NCBI GenBank assembly: GCA_041662965.1
Contig: JBAZRI010000001.1
Coordinates: 35,680 to 99,679, forward strand
Source: Patescibacteria group bacterium
GTDB lineage: Bacteria > Patescibacteriota > Patescibacteriia > Patescibacteriales > GWC2-42-12
Reading direction: 5' to 3'
Length of the DNA stretch: 64,000 nt
A model generated the notes under the pieces. That model saw nothing but the letters and a program-made list of their open reading frames with translations. It searched no databases and was not told the origin of the DNA. Shown here one piece after another: positions 24,807 to 31,490 of this stretch. Positions within the stretch are counted from its first letter, which is position 1. Each line of letters starts with the position of its first letter. A program made the position numbers and the translations under genes.

Positions 24807-26291
24807 TTATTCTTTCAAAATTTCTTGATACAGAAACGCTTCATTGCGCAAGAGGAACGACGGGCTGAAAAGTTTTTTCCATTCCGCCTTGCATGATTCA
24901 TCAGAGAAGATTTTGGCGAGAGCCTGGTTCCACTTCGCAACGTCAGCTTCAGACGCTTTCAACAGCTCATGCGTTGCCAGCGATGCCGTGAGTATTTTTG
25001 TCTCAATGGTCATGCCGCAATCGCAAGCAGTGTTTTTAAACCTTTCGAGCCATTGGTCCGCCTGAGTTAAGTCTTTAAGAGTCATGGTTTTATACTCTTT
25101 CATCAGTTGATCCGGTTCAAGGACATTAAAAGCGGCCAGTTGCACGATGCGATAACATTCTTCGGCAGTTAAGCCAAGCGCGACCGCTTTCTTTTTGATA
25201 AATTCTTTAGCTTCATCCGAGGCATAGCAGCCGCGAGATTCAACAATCTCCATCAGCATGTTTTCCTGATGCACATCAAGCCCTGACAATACTTTATTCA
25301 TAGTTTCAAGGCAATGGATGACGATGTGGAATAAATCAGGCCAGGCAACTCGCTCGACGCATGACTGCTCAATGGCTCTTTCCTCCCAGGTGCGGATGTT
25401 CTGCAAGATGGCAATAAAGCACCCCATCCCCAGCCTGGACATGCCTTCCATTTGTTCGGTGCTTATCGTATTCCGCTTATGCGGCATAGCCGATGAACCC
25501 ATTTGTTCCTTATTAAATGGTTCCTGATAAATTGGGCGGCCGCTTCTCGCTCCCAGCCTTATGTCAAGAGAGATTTTTTCCAGCGTAAAAATCAGCTGGC
25601 AAAGCGCCGACGCGAGCATAGCATATATTTCCCGCGGCATAATTTGGGTAGCGCCGTAAAATGGCTTGAAGCCAAGGTAGCCCAAGGTTAATTTTTCCAA
25701 TTCCGGATCAATATTTCCGTAGTTGCCTACGGCGCCGGACATTTTTGAAAAATTAAGATAGTGTTCGATAAATGAGAGGAGCCGGAGGTCAATAGCCAGC
25801 TGTTCGCGCCAGCCAAGGCATCTTTTGCCGAAAGATTGAAGTTTGGCGCCTTGGCCGTGAGTATGCGCGTACATGACAGTGTATTTATATTTAACGGCCA
25901 TTGTTCCAAGAATGTTAAAAGTAATTTCAACCTCTTTTTTAACTTCAGCCACCGCATCTTTTAACATTCTAATAAACGCCGACTCTTCCGTGTCGTAGGA
26001 GGTTATATCTTCATGCACCTTAGCCGCGTCATCTTCGTCCAAATGCCTGTTTCGTTCTCCGAGAAAAGAGTTGAGATCATGTTTTAATCTCTTCTCTAAT
26101 TCATGAAGATAAGATATATCGATTGGGTGCTTTCCCCAGATTCCTATAATCCGTCGGTATATTTTATCTTGCAGTATGCCTAACTCCACCCTGGCCCGCA
26201 GCAACATTTTTTCGGTCATTTCCCAAAGTAAATATTTTCTTGGTTCGTTAAATATCTCCTCTATCTTTTGCTTCTGGTATCGCTTTATCAT
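24807..26291 (-). CDS. purB: Adenylosuccinate lyase
   Basis: MIKRYQ... N-terminus and the signature SSAMPHKRNTISTEQ (the SSxMPxKxN lyase motif). The ATG at 26291 is preferred over the GTG at 26300. Confidence 0.85.
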   Translation of the reverse strand: MIKRYQKQKIEEIFNEPRKYLLWEMTEKMLLRARVELGILQDKIYRRIIGIWGKHPIDISYLHELEKRLKHDLNSFLGERNRHLDEDDAAKVHEDITSYDTEESAFIRMLKDAVAEVKKEVEITFNILGTMAVKYKYTVMYAHTHGQGAKLQSFGKRCLGWREQLAIDLRLLSFIEHYLNFSKMSGAVGNYGNIDPELEKLTLGYLGFKPFYGATQIMPREIYAMLASALCQLIFTLEKISLDIRLGARSGRPIYQEPFNKEQMGSSAMPHKRNTISTEQMEGMSRLGMGCFIAILQNIRTWEERAIEQSCVERVAWPDLFHIVIHCLETMNKVLSGLDVHQENMLMEIVESRGCYASDEAKEFIKKKAVALGLTAEECYRIVQLAAFNVLEPDQLMKEYKTMTLKDLTQADQWLERFKNTACDCGMTIETKILTASLATHELLKASEADVAKWNQALAKIFSDESCKAEWKKLFSPSFLLRNEAFLYQEILKE

Positions 26292-26459
26292 CTCTTTCAC
26301 CTTTTCCTTTCGTTTAAGTTATTGGTTTATATTTCTGTTTCAGTTAATTTATTTTAATTTTAAGGAACATAAAAAGCCAGCTCCTCCTAAGCCGGCCTCC
26401 TTTTAGTTTTTGTTATATTAGAATAAAATGGGAGAAAAAGCAAGCGTAAAATTTTATAA

Positions 26460-26500
26460 TAAAAAAAGGGTTTCGGCTTGTAGGCGCGAAACCCTGTATA
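26460..26500 (-). terminator. Rho-independent terminator after the AICARFT gene
   Basis: Minus strand: agggtttcg-cgcctacaa-gccgaaaccct followed by tttttttt. Confidence 0.6.
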
Positions 26501-26520
26501 GTCCTCTTGGCGAGGATGGT

Positions 26521-27774
26521 TTAGTGTTTGAAGCTTCTCTGCCCGGTGTAAACCATCGTAACATCCACCTCGTTGCAGGCTTCAATGGATTGGTAATCGT
26601 TATCCGATCCACCCGGCTGAATAACGCAGGAGATTTCCTCCCTAATTCCGACATCAACTCCGTCGCGGAAAGGGAAGAACGCATCGCTTACCATTGCGGC
26701 TCCGGACAATCCTCCTTTTTCTCTCGCCACCCTTTTGTCTATTTCCGCTTTTCTATCTTCATCTTTAAAGTCGTTATATGCAATTCCGTATGTTTCAAAG
26801 CAATACCTGTCAGCCAGCTTTCTGTAGGCTTTATCTCTGGCTATCTCGGCAACTCCGACCCTGTCCTGCTCACCGGTTCCGATGCCGACGGTCACTTTAT
26901 CTTTAACATAGATGACCGAATTGGAAGTAACACCCGATTCGACCAGCCAGCCAAAAAGCATATCTTCGTATTCTTCCTTGGTTGGTTTTCTGTTTATTCT
27001 GTAAGCGTTTCCCTTGTACACGCACTCGGCAAGCCTGAGACTCTCTTTAGTACGGGCTTCGGGCACGAATGACCATTGAGCGACAATTCCGCCGTCTATG
27101 AGGCTTTTGAATTCAACGCATCTTTTACCGACAAAAGCCCAGAGTCTTTCTATATTTTCGATTCTAATCACCCTTAGATTTTTCTTCTTCGCGAAAATAT
27201 CCATGACTCCGGTTTCAAATTCAGGCGCCACCACCACTTCGGCATACTGCATGTTTATCGCTTCGGCCGTCGCCAAGTCAACCGCTCGGTTAAGCGCGAT
27301 ACAGCCGCCGAAGGCCGCGACTCTGTCCGCCATATTGGCCTTGATATATGCCCGTTCAAGAGATTCATCCTGGGCAACGCCGCAAGGGTTGTTATGTTTA
27401 ACAATAACCACGGTGGGCGTGTCGGTAAAATACCTGAGAATGTTCAGGGCATTATCCGCGTCGGTCAGGTTGGTTTTCCCGGGATGCTTGCCGGACTGAA
27501 GCAGTTCGATATCTGAAGCAAGACAATTGCCCGGCAGAATTGTCTGTGTCTCACCTAGTACCAGGTTCCCGTTTGTAAGCTTGTAAAGAGCGGCCTCCTG
27601 CCCCGGGTTTTCCCCGTAGCGCAGCCCTTTTTCCACACCGTCGATCGTCCAGGTTGCTTTTTCATAAAAAAGTGTCTGTCGCTTTTTTCCGTCAACAAAG
27701 CTGATTTCCATTTTTGGCGGGAAATGGTCATCCATAATGGTTTTATACATTTTTTTTAGGTCTTGTTGTGCCAT
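26521..27774 (-). CDS. purH: AICAR formyltransferase domain protein (C-terminal half of PurH, stand-alone)
   Basis: LRYGENPGQEAALY and the PurH-type C-terminus ...QPGGSDNDYQSIEACNE..MVYTGQRSFKH. It has its own GGGAGGT SD and ATG. Confidence 0.8.
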   Translation of the reverse strand: MAQQDLKKMYKTIMDDHFPPKMEISFVDGKKRQTLFYEKATWTIDGVEKGLRYGENPGQEAALYKLTNGNLVLGETQTILPGNCLASDIELLQSGKHPGKTNLTDADNALNILRYFTDTPTVVIVKHNNPCGVAQDESLERAYIKANMADRVAAFGGCIALNRAVDLATAEAINMQYAEVVVAPEFETGVMDIFAKKKNLRVIRIENIERLWAFVGKRCVEFKSLIDGGIVAQWSFVPEARTKESLRLAECVYKGNAYRINRKPTKEEYEDMLFGWLVESGVTSNSVIYVKDKVTVGIGTGEQDRVGVAEIARDKAYRKLADRYCFETYGIAYNDFKDEDRKAEIDKRVAREKGGLSGAAMVSDAFFPFRDGVDVGIREEISCVIQPGGSDNDYQSIEACNEVDVTMVYTGQRSFKH

Positions 27775-27814
27775 TTATCTTACCTCCCTACGGTACGGTT
27801 AAATGGTTAATCGA

Positions 27815-28489
27815 TTATTGTGTAGCATTTTTTACATCATCAATAGTTATGTCGCCGAGGAAGTCGGCGATATTTCGGTCGTATCTGGCCGTATGGCTGA
27901 ATGCCTTTTTGGCCAGGTTAAAGCGTAAGCCTAAAGGGATTGCCCCTTCATTTTTTTCCATTGCTATAATGACCGGAATATAATCAGTCGGGTCAACGAC
28001 TGAAGCCACACGCAGGAAATTCTTGGCCGAGGCTCTTATCATACAAGGCCCGCCGATATCAATATTGCCCCGCGCTTCTTCGGCCGTTACGCCAGGTTTC
28101 AAGATGGTTTTAGAAAAGGGGTAGAGATTAACCACGACCATATCAATAGGAACGCTTTTTGTTCTTTCCAGATCCGCCTGATGGGCTTCGTTATACGTTT
28201 CAGTAAGAAGCCCGAGATATATTTTGAAATCAAGCGTCTTAACCAGGCCGCCCTGGGTTTCGGGCTGTCCGGTATAATCAGCTACTTGAGTTAAACAGCT
28301 TTTGGCTCTGTCGCCGAGGATTTTGGTAATTTCTCCGAACGTACCGCCGGTAGAAAAAATTCTGATGCCCGGATTTATTTCCATAAGCTGCGGAATAAAA
28401 GGATCAAGGCCCTTTTTGTCTGAAACGCTTATTAACACGTTTCTTACCTCTACCAAACCATCAATTTTTTCAACAACATTGATTGACAT
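27815..28489 (-). CDS. purH: IMP cyclohydrolase (MGS-like) domain protein (N-terminal half of PurH, stand-alone)
   Basis: VLISVSDKKGL...STGGT...VKTLDFKIY...VVVNLYPF...IDIGGPCMIRASAKN...HTARYD. It has its own GGAGGTG SD. Confidence 0.8.
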   Translation of the reverse strand: MSINVVEKIDGLVEVRNVLISVSDKKGLDPFIPQLMEINPGIRIFSTGGTFGEITKILGDRAKSCLTQVADYTGQPETQGGLVKTLDFKIYLGLLTETYNEAHQADLERTKSVPIDMVVVNLYPFSKTILKPGVTAEEARGNIDIGGPCMIRASAKNFLRVASVVDPTDYIPVIIAMEKNEGAIPLGLRFNLAKKAFSHTARYDRNIADFLGDITIDDVKNATQ

Positions 28490-28644
28490 AATCCACCTCC
28501 ATTTTTTAAGTTGCAGTTAGTTTATATTCACCTGAAATATCGCCAAGCTCCTTAATGACAATTCTAATTTTTAAGGAACATAAAAACCAAACTCCTTGTT
28601 TGGTCTCCTTTGGTCGCCTACGCTAAAGCTTAGACGAACCGATG

Positions 28645-28728
28645 TGCCGCTGGTCGGAGTCGAACCGACATGGGATTGCTCCCACACGATTTTGAGTCGT
28701 GCGCGTCTACCAGTTTCACCACAGCGGC
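28645..28728 (-). tRNA. tRNA-Leu (anticodon CAA)
   Basis: Cloverleaf on the minus strand: acceptor GCCGCTG/CAGCGGC, anticodon stem CACGA/TCGTG with loop CTCAAAA, long variable arm GGGA-GCAA-TCCC, T-arm GTCGG-TTCGACT-CCGAC. CCA is not encoded. Confidence 0.9.
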
Positions 28729-28843
28729 TTGATTATAAAATAAAACTAGCAATTATTGCTAGCGGTTTTATTATAAATTATATCATTAAAATTGTCAAAG
28801 CAAGAGAAATGAGTTATAATATTGTGGTAAATATAAAATTATA

Positions 28844-29014
28844 TGTCATTGCGAGAAGCCCGTAATCGGGCGACGAAGCAATCTAATTATTTGTCATCTC
28901 GATGAGCGGAGCGAGGAGAGATCTATAATAGCTGGTTAGCGCGATTACTAAATATTATAGATTTCTCGCCTACGGCTCGAAATGACAAAAAAATATTGTC
29001 GCTCGCAATGACGA
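28844..29014. repeat. Composite nested inverted-repeat block upstream of parA
   Basis: The outer pair is tgtcattgcgag (28844) and ctcgcaatgac (29002-29012). It encloses the inner TIR element 28892..28987. Confidence 0.6.
28892..28987. mobile_element. MITE-like element, family 'tgtcatctcga...gagagatctataat'
   Basis: The inverted termini are tgtcatctcgatgagcggagcgaggagagatctataat and attatagatttctcgcctacggctcgaaatgaca. A second copy lies at 30848..30970. Confidence 0.6.
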
Positions 29015-29023
29015 AACTGCCAA

Positions 29024-29794
29024 ATGGGTAAAATTATTTCCATAGTCAATCAAAAAGGCGGGGTGGGTAAAACCACCACGGCTTTAAATTTGGGCGCTTA
29101 TTTAGCTTATCTCGGCAAGCTGGTTTTACTCGTGGATATTGACCCGCAGGCTAACGCCACCTCCGGCTTAGGCATTGACCATAAAAACTTGGAGCATGGA
29201 GTTTATGAAGCTTTAATCGGGCAAAAGCCGATTTTTGAAATTATAAAATACACTTTGCAGGACGGCTATAAAATCGCTCCGGCCACGATCGCTTTGGCCG
29301 GCGCCGGCATTGAACTCGTCAATATGGAAGACAGGGAATTCAGGCTGGCGCGAATTTTAGATCTTGTTAAAGATGAATATGATTATATTATTATTGACGG
29401 ACCGCCATCAATGGGATTATTAACGGTAAACAGCTTAGTGGCCGCGGACGAAGTCTTAATTCCGATTCAAAGCGAGTATTTCGCCTTAGAAGGCTTAAGC
29501 CAGCTTTTAGAAACTATCGGTTTGGTGCAAAATAATTTAAAGCCGGAATTAGGCATTATGGGCGCGGTCATTACCATGTTTGATAAGCGCAACCGCTTGT
29601 CCGGCTCGGTCATGAACGAGCTTTACCAATATTTTCCCAATAAAGTTTTTAGAAGCATTATTCCGCGCTCGGTTAAGCTGGCCGAAGCGCCGAGCTACGG
29701 CCGATCCATTTTATATTATGACCCGGCGTCAAAAGGCGGCCGGGCGTATGAAAAATTGGCAAGAGAGGTAATTGATTTAGAGAGAAAATATTAA
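29024..29794 (+). CDS. parA: Chromosome partitioning ATPase ParA/Soj
   Basis: Deviant Walker A NQKGGVGKTTT and overall ParA layout; 256 aa. Confidence 0.9.
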   Translation: MGKIISIVNQKGGVGKTTTALNLGAYLAYLGKLVLLVDIDPQANATSGLGIDHKNLEHGVYEALIGQKPIFEIIKYTLQDGYKIAPATIALAGAGIELVNMEDREFRLARILDLVKDEYDYIIIDGPPSMGLLTVNSLVAADEVLIPIQSEYFALEGLSQLLETIGLVQNNLKPELGIMGAVITMFDKRNRLSGSVMNELYQYFPNKVFRSIIPRSVKLAEAPSYGRSILYYDPASKGGRAYEKLAREVIDLERKY

Positions 29795-29798
29795 TAAA

Positions 29799-29917
29799 AA
29801 AATCCCAAACCCCAATATCCAATGACCAATAAAATCCTAAATTTTAAATCCCAAAAATTAAATTAGGATTTGGAGTTTAAAATTTTATTGGGCATTGGGA
29901 TTTGGAAATTAGGGTTT
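29799..29917. repeat. Solo (gene-less) hairpin related to the arms of the four-helix-bundle cassette
   Basis: aaaatcccaaaccccaatatccaatgaccaat... pairs with ...attgggcattgggatttggaaattagggttt. It uses the same cccaaaccccaat/ccaatgacc vocabulary as 20135..20161. Confidence 0.55.
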
Positions 29918-29959
29918 AAAAATTTTAAAATAATTAATTAAATATAATTTTATAACAAT

Positions 29960-30841
29960 ATGCCTAATAACAGCCTTGGTCGGGGACTAGGCTCCCTGAT
30001 TCCGCAAAAAGTCAATAGAGCCGCTATGACATCGGCCGGCGATGCCGTGGTTGACGTGACCAGCGTTGATGACAGAGGAAAAGTTTTGCAGTTAAAACCG
30101 GACGAGGTCGCGCTTAACCCCATGCAGCCGCGTAAGAATTTTAACGAGCATCAGCTTAACGAGCTGGTTGAATCAATTAAGCAGTACGGCATTATTCAGC
30201 CGCTGATCGTTACGCAAAAAAACGGCAAGTATGAATTAATCGCCGGCGAAAGGCGCTTAAGAGCGGCGAAAATTTTAGGTCTTACGTCCGTGCCGGCCAT
30301 AGTCAGGCAGGCTGACGAGCAGCAAAAACTGGAACTGGCGCTCGTAGAAAATCTGCAAAGGGAAGATTTAAACGCGATTGAAACGGCCATCGCTTACCGC
30401 AAGCTGATTGACGAATTTAATTTAAGCCAGGAAGAATTAGCGGTTAGAGTCGGCCGGTCGCGCCCGGTCATAACCAATACTTTAAGATTTTTAAATTTGC
30501 CCGGAGAAATCCAGGAAGCTTTAATCCAGGGGAAAATTACCGAAGGCCATGCCAAAATAATCGTCGGGCTAGAAAGCGAAGCCCGGCAATTCGCGCTGTA
30601 TAAAAAAATATTATTAAATAAAATGACGGTTGACGACTCGCTAAAAGAAACCAGGATTATGGGCGGGACCAAGCAGGCCAGGATTAAGATAAATTACGCT
30701 GATAAAGACAAAGAATTCGCTTTCCGCCAGTTTTTCGGCACCAAAGCCGAAGTTAAGCGCAAAGGCAAGGGCGGAGAAATTATTATTTATTTTTATAGCG
30801 ACGAGGAGCTAGGGGAATTAGTGGCTAAGATAAAAAATTAA
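29960..30841 (+). CDS. parB: Chromosome partitioning protein ParB/Spo0J
   Basis: IQPLIV...YELIAGERRLRAAK... and an HTH segment; 293 aa. Confidence 0.9.
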   Translation: MPNNSLGRGLGSLIPQKVNRAAMTSAGDAVVDVTSVDDRGKVLQLKPDEVALNPMQPRKNFNEHQLNELVESIKQYGIIQPLIVTQKNGKYELIAGERRLRAAKILGLTSVPAIVRQADEQQKLELALVENLQREDLNAIETAIAYRKLIDEFNLSQEELAVRVGRSRPVITNTLRFLNLPGEIQEALIQGKITEGHAKIIVGLESEARQFALYKKILLNKMTVDDSLKETRIMGGTKQARIKINYADKDKEFAFRQFFGTKAEVKRKGKGGEIIIYFYSDEELGELVAKIKN

Positions 30842-30847
30842 TTTTTT

Positions 30848-30970
30848 TGTCATCTCGACGACTGCAGGGAGGAGAGATCTATAATACTAAGCGCGGCCAT
30901 AAAAACAAGGTAATTTTAGCTAAGATGTATTATAGATTTCTCCCCCGCAAAATGCGGGGTCGAAATGACA
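30848..30970. mobile_element. MITE-like element, second copy of the 'tgtcatctcga' family
   Basis: The termini are tgtcatctcgacgactgcagggaggagagatctataat and attatagatttctcccccgcaaaatgcggggtcgaaatgaca. Confidence 0.6.
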
Positions 30971-30982
30971 GAATAATAAAAT

Positions 30983-31324
30983 ATGGATGATATTAAAGAC
31001 AAATTTAAAAATAAAAAATTTCAAGCGAATATTATAATTTACGCCGTAATTTTTGTTATTATAATTTTATTATTAAATTGGCTGGTAAAATCCGGGCAAA
31101 CTTCTAGAAATAAAAATCAAGAGGAAAATTTCAGCGATTACTATAAGAGCTTATTAGTTAAGTGCGATAAGCAAGACGAAAAAATATATAACTGCTGTTT
31201 TGCTTCGGTGGCTTATATGGCGGCCAATAACTTGGAACTGGCCGGCATCGGCTGCCAGCCGGCGTTTAAGCTTAATACTTTCGGCTGCTTAGGCTCTTAT
31301 AAGTGGTGCGAGATGGTTAGATAA
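30983..31324 (+). CDS. Hypothetical small membrane protein (Cys-rich ectodomain)
   Basis: TM helix IIIYAVIFVIIILLLNWL and 6 Cys residues in the C-terminal part. It is followed by a terminator. Confidence 0.45.
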   Translation: MDDIKDKFKNKKFQANIIIYAVIFVIIILLLNWLVKSGQTSRNKNQEENFSDYYKSLLVKCDKQDEKIYNCCFASVAYMAANNLELAGIGCQPAFKLNTFGCLGSYKWCEMVR

Positions 31325-31342
31325 TAAAAACAAAAAAATAAA

Positions 31343-31375
31343 AATCGCCCGATGAATCGAGGCGGTTTTTTTGTT
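31343..31375 (+). terminator. Rho-independent terminator
   Basis: aatcgcccga-tgaa-tcgaggcggtt (one bulge) followed by ttttttt. Confidence 0.55.
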
Positions 31376-31419
31376 TGCTATTTTTCTGCAAAATGTTATA
31401 TTAAAAAGGTAAAAATCCC

Positions 31420-31451
31420 CCCGCCCGCCTCGCAAGCGAAGCGTTGCGGGC
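31420..31451. repeat. 32-nt GC-rich hairpin repeat (copy 1)
   Basis: cccgcccgcctcgcaagcgaagcgttgcgggc is the exact reverse complement of 47432..47463. Confidence 0.85.
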
Positions 31452-31490
31452 AAGGCCCGACCCCCTTTGTCAAAGGGGGCGAGAAAAAAT

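Noticed and set aside
26428-27072. Long antisense or shadow ORFs inside well-supported genes (26428..27072+, 27098..27499+, 33770..34327-, 38792..39247+, 46368..46823+, 49269..49673-, 53149..53550-, 13954..14337-, 48825..49235-).
   Set aside because: Each lies opposite or out of frame within a gene with clear homology (purH, dnaE, gyrB, prfA, rpsB, gap, LamG). Their translations are low-complexity, so they are not called.
26521-28489. Split purH as a frameshifted pseudogene.
   Set aside because: The break lies exactly between the two enzymatic domains. The downstream half has its own GGGAGGT SD and ATG 40 nt after the stop, and both halves are full length with intact motifs.
28490-28644. Purine or ZTP (pfl) riboswitch upstream of the pur genes.
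   Set aside because: Reading the minus-strand leader, I could not find the purine-aptamer core (UAUAAUC..GGAUAUGGC..CUACC) or the ZTP motif (GGGUCGUGAC...CCGCCUGGGCA). Only a tRNA-proximal hairpin, a terminator-like hairpin and an AT-rich stretch are present.
28596-28865. ORF 28596..28865 (+) and ORF 61846..62292 (-).
   Set aside because: They overlap tRNA-Leu and tRNA-Ala respectively (plus repeat DNA and the DUF360 gene), so they are artefacts of ORF calling.
31467-31490. N-terminal extensions given by the ORF track (dnaE TTG 31467, tsf 49775, nuoF-like 54356, purC 24298, Bro-N 14735, DUF3800-like 7033, purB GTG 26300).
   Set aside because: The extensions translate hairpin-repeat DNA or overlap the preceding gene, and homologous N-termini begin at the internal ATGs (e.g. 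MKFTHLHVHSHYS, MENIKILRDKTGAG, MIKRYQ). The shorter coordinates are used.
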